Source of the DNA: Ginglymostoma cirratum
Taxonomy: Eukaryota
DNA: 64,000 nt
Assembly (NCBI GenBank): GCA_024137785.1
Contig: JAHRHZ010000009.1
Span: 27,867,912 to 27,931,911 of the forward strand
Reading direction: 5' to 3'
Shown: piece by piece, positions 49,316-62,964 of the stretch
How positions within the stretch are numbered: position 1 is the stretch's first letter
How the letters are laid out: every line of letters starts with the position of its first letter
Program-made: the position numbers and the translations under genes
The notes under the pieces: generated by a model
What the model saw: the letters and a program-made list of their open reading frames with translations, nothing else
The model's database searches: none
Told to the model about the DNA's origin: nothing

Positions 49316-52300
49316 ATATGTGAGTAAACTTTTATCCCTATCCTGTGTGCTGCCAGTGAGTAGCATGTGAGCAAAGAATTATTACTATAGGATGTTGATG
49401 TCATTCATGTTAACAATGGTAGCTCTGATATTAATTATAATATCTCTGTAATAAAATGCCTCATTTATTTTATCATTAAGTTAGGACTCACTGGATGCAC
49501 ACAGACAGTGCAGCTCTGCATAATACGACCCATAAGATCCTGGAGAGTTTTGGCACATGTATTGCATGAGAGCAAATTTACACCATCAAGTTGAATTTTC
49601 AAAAGAATTCTGCATGTAGCTTTTTCCACAATCATTGAAACTGCACATGAATTTCTTAAATTGGTTGTGTCACTCCCAAGTTGCATCCATCCATGCAAAA
49701 TACTAGTTTATGTGTATTTCCTGAATGAATGATAATATAGAATTCGCCTGGAAAGTCATAGGTCCACTCAGGTCCAATGTCACTTGATGTCAACAAGGGA
49801 GTTTTCTGGGCCTGGGTATCCATTTTTATCTTCTTTCTTATCTAGCCACAGCATATTTTGTCTAGGGGCATGCAAAATCGGTTCCAGACATTGGTTGAAG
49901 GAATTAAACAATGCCCTAGGGGGTGCTTTTGCTAACGCTGTTGGGGAGGTTATAAACTAATGTGGCAGGGGGACGGAAAGCAAATGAGGAGGTTAGTGGA
50001 CAGTAAGGAGGTAGTAACTACAGCCTGTAAGGGACTAGATAATGAAGTCAGTATGACTAAGGGGAAGAGTAGGCAGAGAGCAGATGATGAACGCAAAGGA
50101 ACAGGTGGTCTGAGGGGCATTTGTTTTAATGCGAGAAGTGAAGTAGGTAAGGCAGATGAACTTAGGGCTTGTATTAGTACCTGGGAGTATGATGTTATTG
50201 CTATTACTGAGACTTGGTTGAGGGAAGGGCAAGATTGGCAACTAAATATCCCAGGATATAGGTGCTTGAGGTGGGATAGAGAGAGAGGTAAAAGGGGTGG
50301 AGGTGTTGCATTACTGGTCAAAAAGGATATCACAGCTGTGCTGAAGGAAGACACTATGGAGGACTCGAGCAGTGAGGCAATATGGGCAGAGCCCAGAAAT
50401 AGGAAGGGTGCGGTAACAATGTTGGGGCTGTACTACAGGCCTCCCAACAGCAAGCATGAGATAGAGGTACAAATATGTCGACATATTATGGAAAGATGTA
50501 GGAACAACAGGGTGGTGGTGTTTGGAGATTTTAATTTTCTCGACATTGACTGGGATTCACTTAGTGTTAGGGGTTTAGATGGAGCAGAATTTGTAAGGAG
50601 CGTCCAGGAGGGTTTTATGGAGCAGTTTGTAAATAGTCCAACACGGGAAGGGGCCATACTGGACCTGGTGTTGAGGAATGAGCCCAGCCAGGTAGTTGAA
50701 GTTTCAGTAGGGGATTACTTTGGGAATAGTGATCACAATTCCGTAAGTTTTAGAATACTCATGGACAAAGATGAGAGTGGTCCTAAAAGAAGAGTGCTAA
50801 ATTGGGGGAAGGCCAACTATAGCAAGATTTGACAGGAGCTGGGGAATGTGGATTGGGAGCAGCTGTTTGAGGGTAAATCCACACTTGATATGTGGGAGCC
50901 TTTTAAAGAGAGGTTGATTAGAGTGCAGGACAGACATGTCCCTGTGAAAATGAGGTATAGAAAGGGTAAGATTCGGGAACCATGGATGACAGGTGAAATT
51001 GTGAGACTAGCAAAGAGGAAAAAGGAAGCATACATAAGGTCTAGACGACTGAAAACAGACAAAGCTTTGGAAGACTATCGGGAAAGTAGGACCAATCTGA
51101 AATGAGGAATTAAGAGGGCGAAAAGGGGTCATGAAATATCTTTAGCAAACAGGGTTGAGGAAAATCCCAAAGCCTTTTGTTCATACATAAGGAGCAAGAA
51201 GGTAACTAGAGAAAGGGTCAACCCACTCAAGGACAAAGGAGGGAAGTTATGCGAGGAGTCAGAGAAAATGAGTGAGATTCTTAATGAGTACTTTGCGTCG
51301 GTATTCACCGAGGAGAGGGACGTAATGGATGTTGCGGTTAGGGATAGATGTTTGATTACTCTCGATCAAGTCGGCATAAGGAGGGCGGAAGTGTTGGGTA
51401 CTCTAAAAGGCATTAAGGTGGACAAGTCGCCAGGTCCGGATGGGATCTTGCTGAGGGAAGCAAGAGAGGAAATAGATGGAGCCTTAACAGATATCTTTGC
51501 AGCATCCTTGAGCACGGGTGAGGTCCCAGAGGACTGGAGAATTGCTAATGTTGTCCACTTGTTAAAGAAGGGTAGCAAGGATAATCCAGGTAATTATCGA
51601 TACCCGATGTCAGTGGTGGGGAAGCTGCTGGAGAAGATACTGAGGGATAGGATCTATTTACATTTGGAAGAAAATGGGCTTATTAGTGATAAGCAGCATG
51701 GTTATTTACAGGGAAGGCCATGTCTTACCAACTTGATAGAATTATTTGAGGAAGTGACAAAGTTGATAGATGAAGGAAGGGCTGTAGATGTCATATACAT
51801 GGCATTCAGTAAGGTGTTTGATAAGTTTCCCCATGGTAGGCTGATGGAGAAAGTGAAGTCGCATGGGGTGCAGATGTACTAGCTAGATAGATAGAGAACT
51901 GGCTGGGCAACAGGAGGCAGAGAGTTGTAGTGGAAGGGAGTTTCTCAAAATGGAGAACTGTGACCAGTGGTGTTCCACAGGGATCTGTGTTGGGACCACT
52001 GTTGTTTGCAATATACATAAATGATCTGGAGGAAGGTATAGCAGCATCATAGGAACAGGAAAGCTTGACGTTTTGGACCTAGACCTTTCATCAGAAATGG
52101 ACATCATCTATGGGTTCTCCGACAGTGGCCTCATGGCCAATGACAGCGGGTACATTGTGGGAGATGTCCTGGATATGGCTGGGGATTTGGCAGGTGGGGG
52201 AAGCCCATTTTGGGTGGTGGGCACCAGTAAGTTTACTGTACTTACGGTTTTTAGTGACCAATAAAGCTGAGTAGAATTGTGAGTTCAAGTTGTGGATCCT

Positions 52301-52597
52301 ACGGAGAATAAAAAACAGGAGAGGCCCTTTGCAGGTCTGGGAGAGGGAGGCTTTGAGCTGGGGTAGTCTTGATTGTAGTGCCTGGAGATGCCAGCGCATT
52401 GCTGCAAGTGTGTGTTTCAGGAGTCGCAGGGAGAAACGCTTCTGAAGGGTCTCAATGTTCTGAATGTAGATATTGTCACAGTTGGGGCTAAATTGGGAAG
52501 GCTTGAATGTGGACTGTAGTCCATTGGGGATGATCTGGTTCCGTAGGCAGGTACTAAGAAAGGTGATGTGGCTGTGGTACCTGGTTTGCTTCAGGAC

Positions 52598-52997
52598 NNN
52601 NNNNNNNNNNNNNNNNNNNNNNNNNNNNNNNNNNNNNNNNNNNNNNNNNNNNNNNNNNNNNNNNNNNNNNNNNNNNNNNNNNNNNNNNNNNNNNNNNNNN
52701 NNNNNNNNNNNNNNNNNNNNNNNNNNNNNNNNNNNNNNNNNNNNNNNNNNNNNNNNNNNNNNNNNNNNNNNNNNNNNNNNNNNNNNNNNNNNNNNNNNNN
52801 NNNNNNNNNNNNNNNNNNNNNNNNNNNNNNNNNNNNNNNNNNNNNNNNNNNNNNNNNNNNNNNNNNNNNNNNNNNNNNNNNNNNNNNNNNNNNNNNNNNN
52901 NNNNNNNNNNNNNNNNNNNNNNNNNNNNNNNNNNNNNNNNNNNNNNNNNNNNNNNNNNNNNNNNNNNNNNNNNNNNNNNNNNNNNNNNNNNNNNNNN
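52598..52997. other. Assembly gap (400 N)
   Basis: Run of N. Confidence 1.
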
Positions 52998-53005
52998 CAG
53001 GAAAG

Positions 53006-53039
53006 CTTGACGTTTCGGGCCTAGACCCTTCATCAGAAA
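53006..53039 (-). ncRNA. Minimal type-I hammerhead ribozyme motif (core intact)
   Basis: UUU-CUGAUGA-A-GGGU-CUAG-GCCC-GAAA-CG-UC-AAG; GUC cleavage triplet and ACGU palindrome. Confidence 0.8.
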
Positions 53040-56000
53040 TGGTTGATGAAGGATCTAGGCCTGAAACGTCAAGCTTTCCTGCTCCTATGATGTTGATTGG
53101 CCTGCTGTGTTCATCCATCTCCACACCTTGTTATCTCGGATTCTCCAGCATCTGCAGTACCTATTATCTCTGGAGGAAGGTGTAGATGGTTTGATTAGCA
53201 AGTTTGCAGATGACACTGAGATTGGTGGAGTAGCAGATAGTGAAGGGGACGTCAGAGAATACAGCAGAATATAAATAGATTGGAGGGTTGGGCAGGGAAT
53301 GGCAGATGGAGTTCAATCCAGGCAAATGCGAGGTGATGCATTTTGGAAGATTCAATTCAAGAGCAAACTATACAGTAAATGGAAAAGCCCTGGAAAAAAT
53401 TGATGCACAGGGAGATCTCGGTGTTCAGGTCCATTGTACCCTGAAGGTGGCAATGCAGTTCAATAGAGTGGTCAAGAAGACATACGGCATGCTTTCATTC
53501 ATCGGACGAGGAATTGAGTACAAGAGTTGGCACGTCATGTTACAGTTGTATAGGGCTTTGGTTCGACCACATTTGGAATACTGCCTACAGTTTTAGTCAC
53601 CACATTATCAAAAGGATGTGGATGCTTTGGAGAGGGTGCAGAGGAGGTTCACCAGGATGTTGCCTGGTAATGAGGGTGCTAGCTATGAAGAGAGGTTGAG
53701 TAAATTAGGATTACTTACATTAGAAAACAAAGGTTGAGGGGGAACCTGATTAAGGTCTACAAAATCATGAGAAGTATAAACAGGATGGATAGCAAGAAGC
53801 TTTTTCCCAGAGTGGGGGACTCAACTACTAAGGGTCACTATTTCATGGTGAGAGGGGAAAAGTTTAAGGGAGATATTCATGGAAAGTTCTTTACGCAGAG
53901 GCTGGTGGGTGACTGGAACGTGTTGCCAGCAGAGGTGGTAGAGGCGGGCACGACAGCATCATTTAAGATGTATCTAGACAGATACATGAATGGGCAGGGA
54001 GCAGAGGGATACAGATCCTTGGAAAATAGGCAACAGGTTTAGATAGCTGATCTGGATTGGTGCAGGCTTGGAGGGCTGAAGGGCCTGTTCCTGTGCTGTA
54101 ATTTTCTTTGTTCTTTGTTCTAACCACTTCTTCATATTCAGAAACCCTGAGCAGCTAGGGCAGTCTTCTCGTTGGACATAAACTTTGTCTGAGTAAGAAT
54201 GGAAGAGAATGAGATGTCATGGCAGAGGATTTCAGATTTCCTTGCTATTACTCCTATCAATGACTTTATATTTCATTTCAGCTGCACATTCTTCCTTGAG
54301 CAAATGAGCTTGACAGGAAATTTTCGTATAAGCCTCCAAACGTGCAGGAATCAGTATAGATTTTAGTAATGTCTGAGTAAGTGCAAACCAGAACATGTGG
54401 AGTCAGTATTTCCTCTTCCTGCTGGTGGATGACAAAATAGCCAAAATGCAGTCATGTAAATGTCTACTGTCTTGAACGTCTGGTCCATCAGAGAGGCAAG
54501 CCCTTGACCAAGCTGCACAAGAAGAAACAAATTGAATGGCAATGGTAAAGGTAGAGATTGTAATGCTTCCTAATTCAGTAGCAACCTGCAGTTTCAACAC
54601 TGAGACAGTAATCATTACTACTTTTCCTACAGTAAAGATAAAGATGTGAAGCTCAGTTCCTGAAGGGGTGATGCACTTCTGTCAATGTATATCAACTTTG
54701 GATAAGAACAAACATAGATCCAAAGAGCAAAGTTATACAGCCTTCACATTTCAGAGTAGATATTCTGTCTGTTGGTACTCAAGGATTCTGTAGCACTTAA
54801 ATAATTAAAAATAACACATTCAAGACACTTTCTATGAAGTCAAATGTTGATTGCAAAGCTTTGTTTGTAGAGTACTGATTAAATGGCAATTCTGGACTGT
54901 GACTAAAGTAGGTTTATGACAAGGGCTAGTCTATTTAGAGTCCAAAGGCTGTACATCGAATGCATTAGGTATTGTTTTATAAAAGACATTCACAGAAGCT
55001 TTAGAAGAAATTTAAAACTCAAAGATTGACATTCAATAAAAGAGGTGCATTGGTTATGGATATTTTTTGTATTAAACTATCCTTAAGTTAAACAAGACTT
55101 CAAATGAAGAAGATAAAATGTAATCTCTTATCCTCAAGTTTATTGAAGTCTTCAAAGCATTTGAAATGCTGACCTGACGGACAAGGAACAGGAGTACAGT
55201 ATCACTGTCATTGAATCTAGAAAGTGATATTTTGATACCTGAATGCACTGGGAGGATGTTAATGAAGGTGCTTAATGCTGTCATTGACAGTAAGACAATC
55301 CAGGACACAAAGAGAAACAGAACTCGGATGTGGCTTGCCATGTGGTTTATAATATTCAATTTGAAAAAAAAGCTCAGGCCTCCAGAGGGGCTAGTCAGAA
55401 AAGCTGTAGACAGATGCTATGAACCCTGGAGTCCACTGCAAATGCACTCAGGTCAGGCAGGAAGGTTAGAGCCACGTTGCTGTATAGAAATGAACAGAAG
55501 AAGAAATTTGGACTTTTATGGCCTCAACAGGAAATACGTATATTATTTCTTTTTATAATCGCAACTTTTGATTATACTCGGAAACAATGAATTTTCTGTA
55601 AAATAAAATTTTGAAGTAACATTTTGATATCTAACTGTTGAGTATGCAGTAAATTATGGTTTTGTGGACTGATTTTTAAGAAAATAATAGGTTAAATTAT
55701 TGCAACTAATGTTTTCCACCTGTCAGTAAATCAAACATTTTTGTAAAAATTAACAGGATTCGATATTACAGTGTTTACATATCAAATTTGTGATTTAATC
55801 ATTAATGTTACAAGATAATTGAAAAAAATTAGTGCAATTATCTAATCTTACATCATGAGCCAGATTCAGCTGCATGTCTGATATTGGTTCAATGTAAGCT
55901 CTGGCCAATAGCATCAAATTTAAATAAACAAACTGCAGACCTTAATGTACCAGTTACTATTGTACATCATGGGCAGTATACAACAATTAGGTGAAATGTA

Positions 56001-59000
56001 TCAGGCACTGAATTTTGGTACCTGCTAGTTAAATGAATCCAATGCAGCTACCATACTGGTCATAAAAAATGCAGATAGTAAAAAGGTTAAACCTTTTGTT
56101 AGACAAATGTGTTTTACTTTGCAATAGCTTTGAATTGAAGTTTTATTCAATCTGTGTAATTCCACTTCATGTTGCTGTCATTCTCCACATCGCTTTCCAT
56201 GAAACGACCTTTCATTGAGAGAAACAATTCTTGAAGCTTTTAGATCGTAGCAGTCACTTTAATTACAAGTCTCTGATTCATGCACACTGTGAGAAAAAGC
56301 CATGTTGAAATGTGATTAACATTTTTTTGCAGTATCTTATTTTTTTCCACTGTATTGATTTTAGTTATGAATATTATATAAGGTGGGCTAGAAATGAAAC
56401 ACAATGAGTAAAGTAGTAGGAATAGGTAAGAATTTTGATTATGTTTGTTTAGCATCTTCCCACTTGAGAGACTGAAACACTGTCAACCACCTTCTTAAGT
56501 GCTGATGTTCTTGGATAACCTTTTCAGGATGGTGGTGGCATTTGTTTGCTGGCATTATACACAAAAATGGAGCAAGTAAATTGGAAATGCTAATTAGAGG
56601 GCTAAAGTGTATTGTGTTATACACTAAAGCTCACTGCCAGATTTACTGCATAATGAAAATAAGCTGCATGGAGGTACAATATCTAACAATAAAACTGCTA
56701 CTGCAAGGTCATGTTATTTTTTCATGTCTTTACAACTTCATCAGATAAGATAGAAAGGTATCAATTCTAAAGAATATAATTTCTATATTTTTTGTGGGAA
56801 ATCAGACATATCAATAATGCAGAAATCTTCATCATTTGTTTTGTTTCCCTACTTACTCTAATCTCTGATGATCACCATTTTGAAGGAAGCCGAAACAGGG
56901 AAAACTGAGAGTGTGAACTATTTTTAACAAAAAACAAAAGGAGGATAAAGTGTGCTTCGCTATTTAGTGAAACAGAATTATTTTGAAGTTTTAACATGTC
57001 ATACAACGTGCAAGATTTGTGCCTGCAGTAAAATAATTCACCACATTGAATAGTCAGTCTTTTGGTAAGCTGACTCTGTTTTCCCTTGAATATAGGAATC
57101 CTGATTGGATACTGATATCATTTAGTTTATTTTATTCCTATGCTCATGTAAAGTAATTCAAATATTATGACCTGCAAAAACATAATATGTTAAATAAGGC
57201 ATCAGCATTGTGAAAGGATCCTTTTTGAGTATGTTCTATTTAATTCGACTAAGTAAAATGTAATAAATGTAATACCGTTATAAAAGTGGTAACATCTATA
57301 TTTATTTAGCTATCCCATTGCTTTGAAGTGTTGATTTAGTTTAATTATTAAACCACTAAGGTAGTTCTTGAGTGCTGCATCATTCCCAGCACCAAGATTT
57401 ATTACATCAACAACATTCATTAAATGTTCAAAAAGGAATCAGCTAACCACAAAAAAAATCTCAAGCAAGCTCATTAGTGCAAAAATGTTTTTTGAGCCTG
57501 ATACTAAGCTAACAGTATATATTATGAACCGGGATTTCACACAGCCGAGAGAGAGAAAGAGTGTCACCTTTCTGACCACCTTCTTTTCTCTCTTCTGTGG
57601 ATCCTCATTAAATATTTACTGTTGATTCTGAATGACCATCCTCATTATCCTTAGAATTCCACACAGATTCCCCAATGATGTCATGGAAATGTTAGACCCA
57701 TTATGTTAAGGTAAAACTACCAGCTGCATTGTACTCCCACCCCCTACCACTCCCCATACCTCATCATGGGATCTTCTGGAGACAATATAAGAATTTCATC
57801 ATGATACACGATTGAAATATACAACCCATAAGTTACTTATTAATTCAGCATAAAGACCGAACTTTAATCTACAATATTAAATACTGTACAAATCTGAAAA
57901 TAACGACATTGATATGTGATACTTGGGAGTCCACAAATAAACCTGTAACTGTTCTCCTCTGAAATCATTTCTTCTATTTCATACAATTAGTAAAAGTATC
58001 ATTTATTGCCTATTTACATGTGTATGTCATTGCTAATTCCTCAAACCATTGCATCTCATTAAAACTGACCGATTAGCTGAAGAAATAAGTGGATTCTGAG
58101 CCAATGCATTTTTTGCAAGGCTGGTTTTGTACCAGCAAAGAAGTACATTATAGGCATTGGATCACAGTAGTGGAAAAATATGCAGTAAGTTTCCACTTTC
58201 AAACCAGTTTCAAGCTGCACCAGATTCCCTCAATCACAATTCTGTTGAAGCGCAAAGAGTACATTATTTACATGTGACCCAATTTCTCGTGCAACTAGGT
58301 CTCTTTACACTTTCACCGTAATTGTGGAAAAAGCTGCAAATTAACTGGTATATGTAAAACCTGGTGCGAAATTTATACCTGTATATCTTAGTGAAGAAAT
58401 TTTATGTTATGCTTATTTAACATTACTCGTTCAGTGATCACAAACTCATTAAACTTGTTAAAAGTGGTACTTCAATTATGCAATGCACAAAAAGTAGGAG
58501 GATGTTTTGGAGGACATGCTCTGTATACTAGGTACCAAGTAATTTATTTGAATATAATAAGTGTGCAAGTGGGACAGTTGATATCTTTTTTGGAGAAGTG
58601 GACACGTTTAGAAGGTACAAATTTAAAGGGTCCTTCCAGAGTTTATCCTGACAATAAATTGATTCAACGGAGTAGACAGATCCTAATACCATCTCTGGTA
58701 TCTGCTGACCTGGCTCGTCTGAGGAAGCATCTGGGAAGGGAGAATAGTTATAGGTTTGGAGAAGTACCGTCTAGGCTTCTAATCCTCACTGTTATCCAAT
58801 GATTTTTGTTGAAAGTCTTTCTGTGGCTACTTGGTAAATATTCCCCAGGAGGTATCAGAGTGTGACTGGCATCCTTTAAACTTTACACTAGTAATGAGTC
58901 AGTGACCTCAGAAGAAAATAAAATGAGCAACGTTCACAATGCAAAACACGACTCTCACACATACATCATTATAAGATAGAACAGGAGAAACATTTAAATT

Positions 59001-62000
59001 AGTATTGACTTTGATAAATGTTTTAGAAAGGCCTTTATGCAGTTCTTAGAAAATACTTTAAACAATGTGAGACAATAATTGGGCCAAACCTTTGTGTAAT
59101 AATAATAATGAGCTCAATATGTACACCAATAGTAATTCACAAATCGGCCAGCAATTAAGGGGAATGAAGAGATGCATCATCAGTTGTAAATCTCCAAAAT
59201 ATATCAAAATCAGAAGGACACTTCCAAATGTTGCCAGGATAGACTGGGAGATTTCAACAAAAGCATCATTTTAAAGTTATTGTGCGCAATTAAATGCTCT
59301 GATCTACATTTGGAAGCAGTTTATCTGGATCTCATCCCTACCAAATTAAAACCTTGTGTCTCCTTTCCAGGTATATATTGTACTTCAGCTAACTGTTGGG
59401 CTGTACCACAATATATTATGTGGTCAAATCTCACTGGAACATTTCAACAAACTTTTAGGCTTTTGAAAATGCTGAGAAAACAAGACTGTGTATTACATCT
59501 TGCCAAATTATTCATTACCGCTGGCTCACTACTGTTCCTAATAAGCAAGATAAAGGAAAAAGTTTCATTTCACAGGAAATGCTTCCCATGTAAACAATGA
59601 ATCTTAAGCATGCTCAATAACATATGACCAGCAATTTACACTATCTTACCCTGCTTCTATTATAATATTTTAGAAGAATACACTCTGATTTCAAAGGTTG
59701 TAAAAGTTGTCAATAAATTGATGGTCCACAAACAAGTAAAGCAGCAATACAAACAGTTCCATTTTAGTTCATTTGCATCCCATAAAACAATGAATCGAAG
59801 GGTAAATTATTAATGTCTGCAGCAATTATCACATCCTGTTGCTTTAAATGCTTTTACAGTGATGGCTTAATTAGAGTTCAAAGACTTTTAAAAAAAACTG
59901 ATCACAATGTTCTCAGCAGCATGTTTCTATTGCTGTATTGAGTTTGAATCTAAACTTGCACAGGCAAAACAGGTTGATTTTGTAAATAAAACTGAAGTAC
60001 CAAAGATACCTCTGCTCTTAAAGCAGTGTAATAGGGACTAAGCTCGATCTGAAGTTTTATACTTATTGTATTCATTTACTCTACATTACAAAAAAGTAAA
60101 GCCACATTCATGCATACATGCGAAATGTAATAGTATTTGTTTCACTTTGGCATGAGTGGAATGATAAAGTATTTTAAAAATGAGAATATAATTATGGTCT
60201 AATTAGATCTAATATAGATGACAACCCAAATAGTTATGCTAATTGATGCATTGATTACCAGGTTGGAAAGTAGATATCCTCTGGCAATATAGCAGTGATA
60301 ATGATAGACAGTAGTCTTCATCATGAGATCACTCTTTTCACTACATGTTCAAAGGGAGCTTTGCTGAAAATGTCAATATGAAGATGCAATTTAATATTGA
60401 CTATAAATGTTTCATTTATGACTAATGATTTAATAATACCTACAGCTTGAAATGTTTAGGCTATTATATTGACTTATTCAAATACCAATTGTTTTCATGG
60501 CAGTTAAAAATGGTTATTCACTTATATAAGCTCTCTGACCATATAATGTCACAAACCATAAATGCACATACAACTAATATAATCTTCAGCAAGAAAGTTT
60601 GTTATATAATGAATTTTTAGTATCTGTTTAAAAGGGAACACATGTCTAGTCTTGTTTGCTCTATTCTGCTCAAGTCCCATTCTCAAACTTAAATAATAAT
60701 AATTTATGCATATCATCTCAACTGACATTTTAATGTAACATGGTGGGATTGGAGTAAGCTTTAGATGAAGGATTAAACAAAGCCCATTTCCCCATTACCA
60801 TTTGTTGGAATCTGTTAGAAATTTTATGGCACTTTTTGGAAAAGAGCAGGGTGCTTTTTGTTTTGTCCTGGCCAGGAAATGTCTCTCAATTAATGTCACC
60901 AAAACAAAAATCGGAGGTAATTGTGTTACTGTTGTGGGGTATTGACCTATGCATATGACAGTCATATTTCTCTGCATAACACTTCAAAATAATTTTTTCT
61001 ATATGAAACATTTTAAGAACTTTTCAAAAAGTACAATAGGCATATAAATTTCAGCCATTCTTTATTTTTCAGATGTGAGGTACACTATCTTGTATCTGTG
61101 TTCAGTTCATGTACCCTCGTCAATACTGCATTATAAGTGAATGAAGCTGAACAGCCTGATATGCTTAATAAACAACTGGTACTTCAAGACAGAACACTTC
61201 TACTTATACCATGTTGTACTTCATCATTAAACTGTGTGGTCATATAGTGCGATAATGAGAAACATTCATTTCATAAACTAATTTTATTCCTTAACCTTTA
61301 AATATAGCTCTTTTATCTTTTCAGAAACTTGATGCATAATAAAAATACGCTGTCTTTACAGAAGCAAAGTGTTTAAATGGGCAAAATGCATTGTTTTAAT
61401 AATGGCTCAATTACTGAGGGTCTTATTTTCCTCAGTTCAAATAAGTAAGGTGAATTACTATTTTACTTCATAATTTATGGCTTGGTAATGAAATTGTGGC
61501 AAACAACAGTTTCAAAATGTCTAATTTCGGCATATATAATTTCATGAATAATAGTAACAATTCTGCCCTTAGCTATTTCAATATAGGATGGTATTCAGTC
61601 CTTGGTAATAGGGTCATTAAACATTTTCAGTAATTATCTATCTAATAGTCAAAATTGGTAAAGTGTTCATTTACTTATTTATTTTAATTAAATGAGTTAT
61701 AACCAAAGTTCAAATCCAAACAATGACCTGGCAATCCTGGCAGTTATTGTCAGATTATACCCACTCATACTATCCAGCTTTGACTCCAACAGAGTTTGTT
61801 GCAACCAATGTTGGTAAGTTAAGTTAATATGAGGCCAATGGGCTCATATATCATTATGGGAGCACTTCCAACACCCACCTACACCACTTCACTTGAAAAG
61901 TCTATTTCCTAGATACCATCTGACATAGATCCACTTATTTCATCACTGGACATAAATTCTTCACCACACTAGAGATGCCATGAATTCCACTCTCATTCCT

Positions 62001-62964
62001 TGTCTCTGGGTGCCAATCATTTATTTTAAAAATTCTATATTATCCTCAGGACTTCAAACTTCCCTTATATGGAATTCTCTGGTGTGCTGGTGTTTTCTCT
62101 TACCTGTGCCTCCTCAGGATTTGAGAAGTGATTCTCACTGTAAAGTCTATGACCCAAGCTTTACCTACTTATTGTTATTGTTCTCGTAAATGATATGTAG
62201 AGATTTTGTGCATTCTAAGGCCAACCATGAACTCCACATATTCATCAGGTTTGATGAATTTTGGCCCCTTGCTATCACCAGACATTTCAGTGGTCTACAG
62301 ACATAACCCCTTAAGGAGAGTGATGGAACTTCAAAGTTAAAAATCCTATAGCCTTCCGAAAGATCCAGTCTTACTTATTTGAACTCACACAACAATAACC
62401 AACACCATACTGTGAACTAAATGACTGTGCATCAACACTTATCTATAGTATTTATGTGCACCATCAATTACGTTTTCTTCACGCCATTTCATTTCCTGTT
62501 TGTCCTGCACTATATATTGTTCACTACCGCTGATGTTGAACTAATATACTGTATTCAAATTTATTTAACCCAAAATAATTCCACATTACAATTGAATACT
62601 ACAGCATAAAAACAAGCTATATGATCCATCAAGTCTGCAAGAATGTTTATTTCTTCTTGATGCAGCTAGTCCAATGTACATCCCTGCTTGACCTAAATTT
62701 CCTTTTATAATAATTTTAAACCAACTGTTTTGCTTTCAAAGGAATTTATAGATTTTACAAAAACTTAATTTACTACTGGAAGTCTCCTTGGATTTGTCAC
62801 ATTTGTCCACTGTAGGATGATCTTTTGAGTGATAATGATGCCAACAAAAAGGGAAAATCTATTTTTGCCCTATAAAAATCTAGGTGGTGGTTATTTCATT
62901 TACACAGAAAAAAAGTAGAGTAATAACAAACTCTTAATTCTTTCAAAAAAGCTCATGAGCAACT

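Larger units (their letters stand above)
52042..53168. mobile_element. PLE-derived insertion (family A): three hammerhead motifs, PLE ORF N-terminal remnant, 17-bp TSD
   Basis: TSD tctggaggaaggtRtag (52025-52041 and 53169-53185). Minus hammerheads at ~52064-52097 and ~53006-53039, plus copy at 53043-53073. The minus-strand frame 52597-52091 (FLSTCLRNQIIPNGLQSTF...MRWHLQAL...KNRKYSKL) resembles a PLE N-terminal domain. Confidence 0.85.
49915..54121 (+). mobile_element. CR1 LINE covering the ORF1 end and essentially all of ORF2, interrupted by a PLE-derived insertion
   Basis: 290-aa APE ORF (ICFNARS, AITETWL, YYRPP, GDFN, LDLVL, SDH), [21 protein letters not shown], then KFADD after the insertion; (TTCTTTG)n tail at ~54103-54121. 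Confidence 0.95.

Noticed and set aside
49960-50832. 290-aa ORF as a host endonuclease gene
   Set aside because: It is the APE domain of CR1 ORF2; it ends in a premature stop and continues into RT fragments.
52473-53185. Long ORFs of 159-205 aa in the track
   Set aside because: Artefacts of translating through the N gap.
58680-58870. Possible ancient SINE remnant
   Set aside because: The resemblance is too degraded to support boundaries or family from sequence alone.
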